From Thermodesulfovibrionales bacterium (GTDB taxonomy: Bacteria; Nitrospirota; Thermodesulfovibrionia; Thermodesulfovibrionales; Dissulfurispiraceae): a DNA stretch of 48,787 bases. The DNA is taken from contig JAOAEO010000001.1 of the NCBI GenBank assembly GCA_026416735.1, forward strand, positions 7,254 through 56,040, given 5' to 3'. The position numbers and the translations under genes are program-made. The notes below the pieces were generated by a model. That model was not told where the DNA came from and searched no databases. It worked only from the letters and a program-made list of their open reading frames with translations. This document shows positions 1 through 9,499 of this stretch, in pieces. The stretch's first letter is position 1, and each line of letters starts with the position of its first letter.

Positions 1-4
1 TTGC

Positions 5-562
5 TTAACTTGTTTTTGCACCTGTTAAGGCAATTACATCGAGCTTTACCATAAGCTCACGTGGTTCTCTAAAATTTCTACCCCTTATATCGAGCTCTTT
101 GATTACAAGATAAGGGATGTGACTCTCTATTTCATAAATAATTTCCATTAAAGCCCTTATATCAGGTATTACTGTGTCAATACTAATACTTATAACTTTA
201 TAATTGCCTAAATCTTCCGCTTTTCCTACTCTCTCACTCGAAATTGTTCCACCTCTACTGATAATTATACCTTTGACCATATCTTGTAAAGTCGCAGCTG
301 AAAGAGAAAGAGTCTGACCTTCTATAAGTTTGGTTTCCTCCGTCCTTTTAGACTCCTTCAAGGTAGCTATCATCTTTTCAAGATCTGGTTTTTCTGCTAT
401 TAGTTGATTATATTTTTGGAGGGTTTTAATCTTCAAATTCAAAGACTCTTGAGCAGTTGAAAATTCCTCCTCCAAATAGAGATAACCATGTTGATAAAAA
501 ACAATAGTGAACAAAATAATTATTAGAGGGATGGAGATTTTCAAGAATTTACTTCTTCTCAT
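5..562 (-). CDS. PilO/GspM-like secretion/pilus assembly protein
   Basis: Single N-terminal TM helix (ISIPLIIILFTIVFY), a coiled-coil segment, then an alpha/beta C-terminal domain. It is the last gene of the pseudopilin-gspK-PilMN string. Assignment rests on architecture and context only. Confidence 0.5.
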   Translation of the reverse strand: MRRSKFLKISIPLIIILFTIVFYQHGYLYLEEEFSTAQESLNLKIKTLQKYNQLIAEKPDLEKMIATLKESKRTEETKLIEGQTLSLSAATLQDMVKGIIISRGGTISSERVGKAEDLGNYKVISISIDTVIPDIRALMEIIYEIESHIPYLVIKELDIRGRNFREPRELMVKLDVIALTGAKTS

Positions 563-609
563 AAAAAGGGGGCTCCTCCATTAAGAATAAACCGATTTTG
601 ATGGATACT

Positions 610-2127
610 TTATTCCTTTGTAGCGTTTTCTGTAACATTCTCTATCTCCATTTTTATACTGAATCTGTCAGCATTCAGCCTTGTGTCTCTAAAGGTGGGA
701 GATGCAAACTCAACCTTTTGTAAGAATTTCGAGGCTTCGATTTTTGGCAATAGTTCTGTTGCAGAACTTGCATACCCCTCTATCTCCACTACCTTTTCAG
801 TTATCCTAATCCTCGTTAACCAAGCATTCTTTGGAATTATCGATGTAAATTCCTTTATTATATTGAGAGTCATTTGGCGGTTACTCTTGAATCCATCAAT
901 CGTTGCTAAATCACCTCTCAAGGCTTCAATCTCCTTCTTCAAAGTTTCTACTTTCTTAACCTCTTCTCTCTTAAGAGTGAGTTGTTTATCGATCTCTTCA
1001 ATTTTTTTATTTTCTAAATAAAGTGGGGCCACAAAATATAAAACTAAAATAATCAGAAGCAAAATCAATAAAAAAATAGTCAGAAAAATTGGCTTTTTCT
1101 GCTCATTTACCTTACCCTTCGACATTAAATTAAGATTGTCCGTTTTCTGTTTGAGTGCTAAGAAAGAACTTCCCAACGATGAATAGGAGATTATCTCGGT
1201 CTTAGGACTGAAACTCATCCTTAGATCAATCTCATCTAGGAAAGTTAAAGGCATATTTACTATAGATTTCAAGCTCTCTTTAAGAGTGCTGTTCTTAACT
1301 TTAAACAAAATGAAAATCTGTGGTTTTAGTTCGTTTTTTTTATTAATGGAAAGGAAATTCCTAATACTATCGGTTAACTCTGTTGCACGATCTCTGCTGC
1401 CATCGCCTCTAAATTTATTTGCAAAAAAATTAATAGGTTTTGACTGAAGGAATAAGACTCCCTCATAACCCACCTCATCGATTTCCACATAGAGGCTTAA
1501 GGATGGCTTGTAAGAATGATTTATAAGATTTCCTATGGCTGATGAATTGATAGTAATATATTCAACCTTTATGCCTTTTGAGTATAGAGCATCTATGAAA
1601 GGCTTAAGGAGTTGAATCTTTGTTACAGCCAAAAGGACTTTGATTTTCTCATTAGTCTCTTCAACAACTTTAAAGTCATAAAATACATCCTCTTCATCAA
1701 ATGGAGTGAATCTGTCCATTTCGTAAGAGATTACATTGTTTAAACTTTCTTTTACAGTGGATGGAAACTCTAATACCTTTGTAATTGTCCATACCTTAGG
1801 AATACTTAAAGTAACAGCTGCATGTTTTAATTTATGTTCCTTTGAAGCAAGAGCTACTGAAGATGAGAAGAATTCGATGTCTGGTGAAGAAATGTCAAAG
1901 GGGTATTCCTTTATCCAATGGACTTTGAAACGGGAGAAAATCTTTGTAACATAGGCAATATGGAAAGTATTTCGCTCAATGGATATACTCAAACATTTTT
2001 GTGGAAACATTAGCTCAGAGAAGTCATACCAAAGAGCTTTCCAAAGAGGCTTAAAAAAACCTTTAACAGTTGTTAATGTCTCTGAGCTTATAGAGGATAA
2101 TCTTTTTAGCGCTTCAGAATCTATCAT
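610..2127 (-). CDS. PilM-PilN fusion / GspL-like assembly protein
   Basis: 505 aa. A cytoplasmic N-terminal domain of about 340 aa is followed by one TM (PIFLTIFLLILLLIILVLYFVAP), a coiled coil and a PilN-like C-terminus (IPKNAWLTRIRI...IEGYASS). Starts 3 nt after the gspK stop. Confidence 0.55.
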   Translation of the reverse strand: MIDSEALKRLSSISSETLTTVKGFFKPLWKALWYDFSELMFPQKCLSISIERNTFHIAYVTKIFSRFKVHWIKEYPFDISSPDIEFFSSSVALASKEHKLKHAAVTLSIPKVWTITKVLEFPSTVKESLNNVISYEMDRFTPFDEEDVFYDFKVVEETNEKIKVLLAVTKIQLLKPFIDALYSKGIKVEYITINSSAIGNLINHSYKPSLSLYVEIDEVGYEGVLFLQSKPINFFANKFRGDGSRDRATELTDSIRNFLSINKKNELKPQIFILFKVKNSTLKESLKSIVNMPLTFLDEIDLRMSFSPKTEIISYSSLGSSFLALKQKTDNLNLMSKGKVNEQKKPIFLTIFLLILLLIILVLYFVAPLYLENKKIEEIDKQLTLKREEVKKVETLKKEIEALRGDLATIDGFKSNRQMTLNIIKEFTSIIPKNAWLTRIRITEKVVEIEGYASSATELLPKIEASKFLQKVEFASPTFRDTRLNADRFSIKMEIENVTENATKE

Positions 2128-2129
2128 GA

Positions 2130-3068
2130 CTACAATCTTGCCGGACTTTTATAATAGAGATAACGGTATCTGTTACCACCCTCTATAAGCACTGTAGCGA
2201 CTATTGTATAGGATGATCTTTCATTATCTTTAAAGGCAGTGGATTTAACCGTATAAGTGGAAGTAACAGCCATTTGAGAGATAAATTTAGCGCTCTCTTG
2301 AGGTAGATTTATTGTCAATGTTTCCGAGGTAGTTAGGTCCATCCTTTTACTAATTATTTCATCGACAATCTCTGAAGTTAATCCTGGTATAGCTAAAAGA
2401 ACTTCCTTAGGTGCAGTTCTCAAATTTATACCACTAGTACCTGAATAAAGGGTGATATATTCTATTATACCCTTTTTCCCATCGTTACCAAAAAGAATCT
2501 CTTGATTCATTCCTTTTACAAGCAAAAGTTCTTCTAAAGTATCGAAGTTAGCATTCTTAGCTTTATAGGGTGTAGGTAGACTCATATAGTAATCGCTCTC
2601 GGCTCCATTTAGTCTTCTTAAATCATCTCCATCTTTCCAATCTAAGATAGAATCGATAATTACTGATGCTTCTTCATCTCTGAGGCCAAAATTGACTAAA
2701 AGGTTTTTCAGTATTATAGCAGACTGGTCATTCAAATTGTTTATATTAATTTTTCCAGATTCATCCATGAGGCTGATTTTGACTTGCCCCTTTGACAGCG
2801 GAATTGTATAGAGTGAGCCATCCACCCGCCAAACCTTTTTTTCCTCTTCAGTGATTTTTTGCCCGCCATATTGATTTCTATAAAAGAGCTCAACAATTCC
2901 TCTTTCGATACCAGCTTCAGCAAGATATTTCTTCTCCAATTCTTCCCTAAAGGCTATTGTAGAGTGCGTCTCTGTTCGAACCATCAAAGAGAAAGACATG
3001 GTAATAACCATTAAAATAGTTATAACCCACATTGTTATAATAAGGATTAACCCCTTTTCACCTTTCAT
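2130..3068 (-). CDS. gspK: type II secretion minor pseudopilin GspK-like
   Basis: N-terminal hydrophobic segment KGLILIITMWVITILMVITMSF without the Glu+5, size about 310 aa, and position after the I/J-like pseudopilins all match GspK architecture. Confidence 0.6.
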   Translation of the reverse strand: MKGEKGLILIITMWVITILMVITMSFSLMVRTETHSTIAFREELEKKYLAEAGIERGIVELFYRNQYGGQKITEEEKKVWRVDGSLYTIPLSKGQVKISLMDESGKININNLNDQSAIILKNLLVNFGLRDEEASVIIDSILDWKDGDDLRRLNGAESDYYMSLPTPYKAKNANFDTLEELLLVKGMNQEILFGNDGKKGIIEYITLYSGTSGINLRTAPKEVLLAIPGLTSEIVDEIISKRMDLTTSETLTINLPQESAKFISQMAVTSTYTVKSTAFKDNERSSYTIVATVLIEGGNRYRYLYYKSPARL

Positions 3069-3121
3069 ATTATCTTTTAAGTTATGATCTCTTTTGAACA
3101 GACATTAATTACATACTCTGA

Positions 3122-3799
3122 TTAATTTTTTGTTGAGCCACCGGGTTTAGGAAAACCTCTACCTATACCTGTAGCATCATGAGATAGAGGTCGCATAGAA
3201 AGGGCTGGTTGATTCCTAAGAAATATCAAGAAATTCATGTTTATTTTTTTAGTGTCATCGATGATGTTGATAGCTACCTTTTCAGGTATAGAGGAGTCCT
3301 CTGTCCATTCATCTACCCAATAACCTTCTTCGTCTTCTATAGAAGCCTTGTAAAAGTAGTAGAAAGAGATGCTCTGTACCCCTGCTAATAAAAGGGTCCT
3401 CTTTGGCTGATCTATCGATATAGTATTCTCTGTAATATAAAGAGCTTTTCTGCCAGTAAGATCCTCTTCAACATTATATTGTACCTTTACATAGCCTTTA
3501 TGTCCTCTCCAAATTGAAAAGTTTGTAGCAAACTGTAAAGAATCTTTAAGTCCGACAAAATAAAGTTTTTTTTCCCCGTCTTCATCATAGGTTAGTGGTA
3601 TTTGTGATTGGAGTTGAGAGTCTATTGTATTTAGAGTTGCTCTCAACCTCTCAAGGAATTCAATCTTCTTTTCAGCCTTTTCTATGGAGCGATGTCCCAG
3701 TCTCATAGCTCCAAAAAGGATGAGTAAAATAATGCTGAAAATTGTTATGGATATGATCAACTCTAAAAGAGTGAAACCTTTAATAGATATTTTTGGCAT
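3122..3799 (-). CDS. pseudopilin, GspJ-like (prepilin-type N-terminal cleavage/methylation motif)
   Basis: N-terminus KG|FTLLELIISITIF has the G-F-T-L-x-E prepilin signature. 225 aa. Sits between the I-like and K-like genes. Confidence 0.6.
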   Translation of the reverse strand: MPKISIKGFTLLELIISITIFSIILLILFGAMRLGHRSIEKAEKKIEFLERLRATLNTIDSQLQSQIPLTYDEDGEKKLYFVGLKDSLQFATNFSIWRGHKGYVKVQYNVEEDLTGRKALYITENTISIDQPKRTLLLAGVQSISFYYFYKASIEDEEGYWVDEWTEDSSIPEKVAINIIDDTKKINMNFLIFLRNQPALSMRPLSHDATGIGRGFPKPGGSTKN

Positions 3800-3802
3800 A
3801 TT

Positions 3803-4189
3803 TTAAATTTTTTTGGCTACTGTTTTTAATGTCTTAAAACTATAAGATTTGCTTTTTAAATTTTCTCTCCAACTGATCGTCAAATGAATCTCCATCAAAC
3901 TGAATTGTAAGGTTTCAGTTTTTTCTTTTAATATCTCTGTTATTACAACATCCACTCTATGACCGCTATCTGTAGTTTCAGACCAGATTTTTTCTTGCAA
4001 ATCCTCGCTCTGAAGTAGTTCTCTCATTCTTATATCGGCTTTAATTAGCGCATGAACATAATCTTCAGAACGAGAAATAGCCCTGAGATTTGCTGAAAAT
4101 AACTGTAGTATGACAGTAATTGCAATGCCTAATATTGAAAGAGCTACGAGTATCTCTATAAGGGTATAACCTTTGCTTAAGTCTCTCAT
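3803..4189 (-). CDS. pseudopilin, GspI-like
   Basis: N-terminus KG|YTLIEILVALSILGIA carries the prepilin motif. 128 aa. 4-nt overlap with the upstream pseudopilin gene. Confidence 0.6.
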   Translation of the reverse strand: MRDLSKGYTLIEILVALSILGIAITVILQLFSANLRAISRSEDYVHALIKADIRMRELLQSEDLQEKIWSETTDSGHRVDVVITEILKEKTETLQFSLMEIHLTISWRENLKSKSYSFKTLKTVAKKI

Positions 4190-4671
4190 TTTAGAATAAT
4201 TGTCCCAACGATGGGATCAAGACTTATGGTAGCCGTTCTTTTACCATCAAAGACAAAAATTGTTCCACCATCCACACCCCCCGAAGATTGGACTACCATT
4301 TGATATCTACCTCTAAAAATCTCTCCCACTATAGGGTCAAAAACTTTTATATTTATATTTTGAGGCAATTCCCGCGATTTTAAACCTTCAACTCCATACT
4401 GCCTTAAATCAAGATCTATAAAAAAGGCTTGATTTTCTCCTTTAAGTTTTGCAATTGTCCTTGCATATTTCATATGGGCAGCGATCTCCCGTACCGTCGC
4501 ATTAAACTTGTTAGATGGGAGAGAATTTGCAAAAAAAATAGTCGACAACCCCAACATAAGTACAATTAGAACTAACACAATTATCAACTCTATAAGCATA
4601 AAGCCTCTTTTATTACTAACAAGAGGATTAGTGTATTTTCTTAAAAAAATATAATTGATGAAAGGTGCCAT
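4186..4671 (-). CDS. pseudopilin, GspH/FimT-like
   Basis: KRG|FMLIELIIVLVLIVL prepilin motif after a 23-aa leader. 161 aa. First pseudopilin after gspF. Confidence 0.55.
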   Translation of the reverse strand: MAPFINYIFLRKYTNPLVSNKRGFMLIELIIVLVLIVLMLGLSTIFFANSLPSNKFNATVREIAAHMKYARTIAKLKGENQAFFIDLDLRQYGVEGLKSRELPQNINIKVFDPIVGEIFRGRYQMVVQSSGGVDGGTIFVFDGKRTATISLDPIVGTIILK

Positions 4672-4679
4672 AAAAAAAA

Positions 4680-5873
4680 TTAAAAGGGTATTTCCGTTAT
4701 GCTAAAGATAGCCATTAGCATTGCAAGTACGATGAAACCTATTATCAAACCCATGAAAAGTATTAAAAAAGGCTCAAGAAGACTAATGAATCTCTTTATA
4801 GTAATTCTAAGGCTTTTTTCATAGGTTGTAGCTACCTTTATTAACATCTCATCGAGTTGACCTGTCTCCTCCCCAACCTTTATCATGGAAAGGGCGAGGT
4901 CTGGAAACACCTTAGCTTTTTGAAGTGGCACAAAGACTCCTTGTCCTTCTTTTGCTCCTTTAGAAACTATGTCAATTGTAGAGGAGATTAATTGATTATT
5001 TATTACCTCTTTGGAGTTATTAAGTGCTTGTAAAAGTGGAACTCCACTCTTAAGAAGAGTTCCTAATGTTCTACAAAACCTTGCTGTCTCAAGCTTTATA
5101 ATTATATCTCTGAACAATTTAAGTTTTAACGAATCCCATTTGTATCTTCCAGAAGGCTTTTTAACATATAACTTTAAAAGAATTAATCCAGAAAAGATTA
5201 AGCCGAATATTAACCACCAAAAGGATTGCAAAAAATTACTGATGGAAAGCAAGATTTTAGTTGGAAGTGGTAAAGAAGTCCCTATCTCAGAAAAGATAAC
5301 AGAGAATTTTGGTAAGACATAGGTAAGTAAAATGATTATGGAAATACCACCAGTAAATAATAAAATAGTTGGATAGATCATTGCTGAAAAGATATGATCT
5401 TTAAGTTCTTTGGAGGATTCAAGATATTCATTGAGCTTATCTAAGACAACATTAAGTACTCCTCCTGCTTCACCAGCCTTTATCATGTTTATGTAAATTC
5501 TTGGGAATATATCTGGGTGTTTTTGTAAAGCCTCAGAAAAAGAACTTCCTTCTCTTATGGATTTTAAGATAGATTGGATTATCCGCTTCATATATTTATC
5601 TTCCGATATTTCAGAAAGGATATTAAGGCTCCGATCGAGAGGAAGTCCGGCAGATAAAAGAGAAGAGAGCTCAGTTGTGAAGATAATTAAATTACCTCTC
5701 TTGGATTTTAAAGAAAAACCCCTACTAACATCTTCCTTAGACAGAGAAATCCTAATGGGGATGTAGCCAGAGTTTCTGATTTTTTCGATAGCAGCCTTTT
5801 CATCGGAAGCTTCTATAAAGCCTTCTACTACCGCACCCTGAATAGAAGTAGCTTTATAAGAAAATATTGCCAT
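4680..5873 (-). CDS. gspF: type II secretion / type IV pilus inner-membrane platform protein (GspF/PilC family)
   Basis: 397 aa with a duplicated GspF-type module (two cytoplasmic helical domains plus 3 TM). Typical segments include FTTELSSLLSAGLPLDRSL and FCRTLGTLLKSGVPLLQAL. Confidence 0.85.
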   Translation of the reverse strand: MAIFSYKATSIQGAVVEGFIEASDEKAAIEKIRNSGYIPIRISLSKEDVSRGFSLKSKRGNLIIFTTELSSLLSAGLPLDRSLNILSEISEDKYMKRIIQSILKSIREGSSFSEALQKHPDIFPRIYINMIKAGEAGGVLNVVLDKLNEYLESSKELKDHIFSAMIYPTILLFTGGISIIILLTYVLPKFSVIFSEIGTSLPLPTKILLSISNFLQSFWWLIFGLIFSGLILLKLYVKKPSGRYKWDSLKLKLFRDIIIKLETARFCRTLGTLLKSGVPLLQALNNSKEVINNQLISSTIDIVSKGAKEGQGVFVPLQKAKVFPDLALSMIKVGEETGQLDEMLIKVATTYEKSLRITIKRFISLLEPFLILFMGLIIGFIVLAMLMAIFSITEIPF

Positions 5874-5886
5874 GAGTATTATCTTT

Positions 5887-7593
5887 TTACCTTATATAGG
5901 CCTCCGTAACATAGAGTCTCATCATTCTATGGCTATTGAAGTAATAGGCGTTTTTACCTATGGCATTCTCCATTATTTTGATCCATATATATTTATCATT
6001 ATAAAAGGTAGGGATTATTATTTTTTCCAGTTTGGTATATAGGTCATCAGCATCCTTTTTGGGGTCTGCTATTGTATCCGCTGAAGGACCTATCGACCAT
6101 CCCGTATAACCCTCAATATGTCCTTCAATCCACCACCCATCAAGAACACTAAAATTAGGAACACCATTATGAGTTGCCTTCATACCACTTGTTCCAGAAG
6201 CTTCCAAAGGTCTCATAGGAGTGTTTAACCATAGATCGACACCTGAAACCATCTTTAGCGCAAGATCCATATTGTAATTTTTAAGATATGCTATCTTTAT
6301 CTTGTTTTTTAATCTCTCTTTTATCTCAAAAATTTGTTTTATTAATTGCTTGCCACCGTCATCCTTGGGATGAGCTTTGCCTGCGTATATAATTTGAATT
6401 CTTCCTTCACCAATCTGAACCAATCTTGAGGGGTCTGTAAAGAGAAGATCAGCTCTTTTATAGGCTGTTGCCCTCCGAGCAAAACCTATTGTTAGGGTAT
6501 CGTAATTCATACCAACCTGTGTCTCACGATTTACATAATCTATGAGTTGCCTTTTTGCTTCCATATGGGCTTCCCATAACTCTTCCGCAGGAATACGGCC
6601 TACCCTTACAAAGATTTCTGGTTCATTTGCCCAACCAGGAAGATACTTGTCATAAAGCCTTTTAAAACTATCACAGGTCCAGGTAAAGGAGTGGACACCG
6701 TTTGTAATGGCATGAATTTCATACCCCGGGAACATGCTCTTAGATACGTCCCTATGTTTCTTTGCGACTCCATTTATATAGTTACTTAAGTTTATGCCTA
6801 AGATTGTCATATTTAAATATTCTCGTCCTGCAAACTCTTTTATCACATTTAGTGGGACTATTTCAGAGAGTGTTTTTTCGACAAGAGAATAGGGAAATCT
6901 ATCGTGACCTGCTGCCACAGGTGTGTGAGTAGTAAATACGCAAAGACTTCTTACCTTCTCTATGTCCCAAATGAGCCTCTCATCCCAAACACTTTCGATG
7001 TCTTTTTTGTATCTTCTCAATAACTCAAGAGTTAAAAAACTTGAATGCCCTTCATTCATATGATATTTCTTTATATCAAACCCTATCTCTTCGAGCATTC
7101 TCGTTCCACCTATGCCAAGAACTATCTCTTGTTTGAATCTGTATACAAGATCACCACCATATAAATAGTAAGTAATTTCTCTATCTTCAGCAGTATTTTC
7201 TGGCAAATCGGTATCTAAAAAGAGTATCGGGACGTTGCCACCTGTGGCGCTCTCTACAATATATACCCAACAACCTATTAAGACATCCCTTCCATCAATT
7301 CTAACCGTAACTTTTTCTTTTATAGGAGATAGATATTTTTCGATGTCCCACTCATCGGGAAGCTCAATCTGCCTGCCAAATATATCTATGTCTTGTCTGA
7401 AATATCCTTTTTTTGAGAGGAGCGTAACAGCAACTAAAGGGAGCCTTAAATCTGCAGCAGATTTGATAGTATCTCCTGCCAGAACCCCAAGTCCTCCACT
7501 ATAAGTTGGAATCTCACTTCTTATTCCAATCTCCATTGAAAAATAAGCAATCTTTTGTTCTTTAGTAAAAGGCTCAAGGGATAGGAATTTCAT
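5887..7593 (-). CDS. glgP: alpha-glucan phosphorylase (GT35, short bacterial/archaeal type)
   Basis: YFSMEIG...GGLGVLAGD N-terminus and the PLP-lysine motif EASGTSGMKA. 568 aa. Confidence 0.85.
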   Translation of the reverse strand: MKFLSLEPFTKEQKIAYFSMEIGIRSEIPTYSGGLGVLAGDTIKSAADLRLPLVAVTLLSKKGYFRQDIDIFGRQIELPDEWDIEKYLSPIKEKVTVRIDGRDVLIGCWVYIVESATGGNVPILFLDTDLPENTAEDREITYYLYGGDLVYRFKQEIVLGIGGTRMLEEIGFDIKKYHMNEGHSSFLTLELLRRYKKDIESVWDERLIWDIEKVRSLCVFTTHTPVAAGHDRFPYSLVEKTLSEIVPLNVIKEFAGREYLNMTILGINLSNYINGVAKKHRDVSKSMFPGYEIHAITNGVHSFTWTCDSFKRLYDKYLPGWANEPEIFVRVGRIPAEELWEAHMEAKRQLIDYVNRETQVGMNYDTLTIGFARRATAYKRADLLFTDPSRLVQIGEGRIQIIYAGKAHPKDDGGKQLIKQIFEIKERLKNKIKIAYLKNYNMDLALKMVSGVDLWLNTPMRPLEASGTSGMKATHNGVPNFSVLDGWWIEGHIEGYTGWSIGPSADTIADPKKDADDLYTKLEKIIIPTFYNDKYIWIKIMENAIGKNAYYFNSHRMMRLYVTEAYIR

Positions 7594-7628
7594 GAGACCC
7601 CCAAAAATATATTCTTAAATATAGATGA

Positions 7629-8495
7629 CTAAAGACCTTTACTCCCATCTGTTAGATCAATCTTAGGCAATCCAAGCATCTTTGAATATAATTCTTCAGC
7701 CCTTCCCAATAATTCCTTTAGTGCTTGCCAGCCATCAGCTCCAATATTAAATGTGTAAGAATTAACATAGAGAGAAATATGTTCCTTAATAACCTCATCA
7801 GTTAATTCCTGTGAATATCTCTTAATAAAAGAAATATTTTCATCGGGATTGCTAAATGAATATTTTATACTGTCAATTATAATGTCTTCAATTCTTTTAA
7901 TTGTATCATTTCCTATTTCCTTTTTTGCAATTATTCCCCCAAGAGGAATAGGCAGTTGGGTCTCCCTTTCCCACCATTGCCCCAAATCTACGATTTTTAA
8001 TAATCCGTAATTTTCATAAGTAAATCTCCCTTCGTGAATCACTATTCCAGCATCTATTTGTTTTTCATTTATAGCAGGCATTATCTTATTAAAGGGGAGG
8101 AAAAGATAATTAACAGATTTTTTAGGATATTCTCTCTCTAAAAAAAGCTTAAGGAGTAAAAAGGCAGTCGTTAGTCGCCCAGGAACCCCAATTTTTATAG
8201 TATCTCTTTGGTGTAAAAGATCGAGCCGATCTGAGACGACTATAGGACCACAACCATATCCAAAGGCTGCACCACTCCTTAGAAATCGATAATCTTCATG
8301 CAGATAGAAGTATACATGGGCAGAAACCTTAGAGATATCCAGCTTCTTCGATAGGGCAAGCTGGTTAAGGGTCTCTACATCTTCAATAATAAAATCAAAA
8401 TGGAGCCCTCTTAAATCTACTCTCTTTTCAACCATACCATAGAAGATAAAGGTATCATTTGGGCATGGCGAGAAACCGAAGGTGTACTTCTTCAT
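7629..8495 (-). CDS. mqnD: 1,4-dihydroxy-6-naphthoate synthase (futalosine pathway)
   Basis: N-terminal FGFSPCPNDTFIFYGMV...DVETLN is the MqnD-type signature of the VitK2_biosynth fold. 288 aa. Confidence 0.7.
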   Translation of the reverse strand: MKKYTFGFSPCPNDTFIFYGMVEKRVDLRGLHFDFIIEDVETLNQLALSKKLDISKVSAHVYFYLHEDYRFLRSGAAFGYGCGPIVVSDRLDLLHQRDTIKIGVPGRLTTAFLLLKLFLEREYPKKSVNYLFLPFNKIMPAINEKQIDAGIVIHEGRFTYENYGLLKIVDLGQWWERETQLPIPLGGIIAKKEIGNDTIKRIEDIIIDSIKYSFSNPDENISFIKRYSQELTDEVIKEHISLYVNSYTFNIGADGWQALKELLGRAEELYSKMLGLPKIDLTDGSKGL

Positions 8496-8496
8496 T

Positions 8497-8979
8497 TTAA
8501 AGTTTATAACCTATCCCTCTCAAGAATTCTTTTCTCTTCCTCTTATCATCATCTAACTCTATCCCCTTAGGGGGAAAACCGTCTATAATAGATACAATCC
8601 CATTACCCTGTTCGGTTGAGACTGTTACTATCTCAAGAGGATTGGCAGTTGCACAATAGATACTGCAGACCTCTTGGCAACTCTTAATAGCATTGAGAAT
8701 GTTAATGGGGTAAGCATTTTTTATGAGAATACAAAAAATGTGCCCTACTTGTAAATTCTGGAGATTTGTTATACACGCCTTTATTAATTCAGTATCATTT
8801 CCTTCAGTTCTAATTAAACAAGGACCTGATGCTTCTGAAAAGGCTATCCCAAATTTTGCATTGGATACCGTCGTTGCTATTATCTCATATAGATCTTCAA
8901 TAGTTTTAATGAAATGGGATTGCCCAAGTATAATATTGCAACCTTCTGGTATATCTATCTTTACCACTTTGAAATCCAT
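8497..8979 (-). CDS. PF04008-type ('adenosine-specific kinase' family) protein
   Basis: About 160 aa with GQSHFIKT..., FGIAFSEASGPCLIR and VGHIFCILIKNAYPINILN segments typical of this small family. The start was moved to the ATG at 8979, which is preceded by AGGAGG (8985-8990). The ORF-track start at 8994 lies upstream of that RBS. Confidence 0.6.
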   Translation of the reverse strand: MDFKVVKIDIPEGCNIILGQSHFIKTIEDLYEIIATTVSNAKFGIAFSEASGPCLIRTEGNDTELIKACITNLQNLQVGHIFCILIKNAYPINILNAIKSCQEVCSIYCATANPLEIVTVSTEQGNGIVSIIDGFPPKGIELDDDKRKRKEFLRGIGYKL

Positions 8980-9202
8980 ATTTACCTCCTTCATTGAAAT
9001 AAATATTGCTATAAACTTTTAGCTACAAATATCTCAAAATCCCTCTGTAGCTAAGCAAATTTTCGTATCTTCTAAATCTCTTAGCTTATCCATAGTTAAA
9101 TATAATAACATTTAAAAAATTGAATAATATAATCTCATTTCAGCTTTAGTCTTATAACTACTATATAAAGATTCTGTTAGATTTACTACAACAACTATAG
9201 AT

Positions 9203-9427
9203 TTAAAAGTCATCGAGTTCTTGAGCTTGATCGATATCTTTGATAATTGTCTGAACCTCATCCTCTATTTTTCTCAGTCTACTTAAACAATATTTACAAA
9301 GATAGTCTGCCCTTTTAACCTTCTCCGTTAATATATCAACATCGATCTCTTCGCTCTCCAATTCCTTTATAATCCTCTCCAATTCCGCTAATGCCTCTGT
9401 ATAACTAAGGCTTTTTTCATTACTCAT
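9203..9427 (-). CDS. xseB: exodeoxyribonuclease VII small subunit
   Basis: 74 aa, all-helical. SYTEALAELERIIKELES...D matches the XseB N-terminal pattern. Confidence 0.8.
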   Translation of the reverse strand: MSNEKSLSYTEALAELERIIKELESEEIDVDILTEKVKRADYLCKYCLSRLRKIEDEVQTIIKDIDQAQELDDF

Positions 9428-9499
9428 CTTATTAACTCCTCTTATTAATAGAGCTATCCATCTTACCGAGTTATTATCAAAGCCCCTTCTTTTTTTAGA

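Noticed and set aside
683-1021. Plus-strand 112-aa ORF. The same applies to the similar ORFs at 1736-1954, 1979-2188, 5011-5322, 5557-5766, 7235-7504, 8723-9022, 12841-13023, 13284-13661, 14337-14642, 15302-15640, 15885-16067 and 16246-16467.
   Set aside because: All lie antisense to, and inside, well-supported minus-strand genes. They have Ser/Leu/Phe-rich low-complexity translations typical of shadow frames and lack an RBS.
2741-2923. 60-aa minus-strand ORF in an alternative frame within gspK. The same applies to 33446-33643 within tldD and 45099-45281 within the 1019-aa GT.
   Set aside because: These are same-strand out-of-frame ORFs nested in longer, motif-supported genes, with no evidence for programmed frameshifting.
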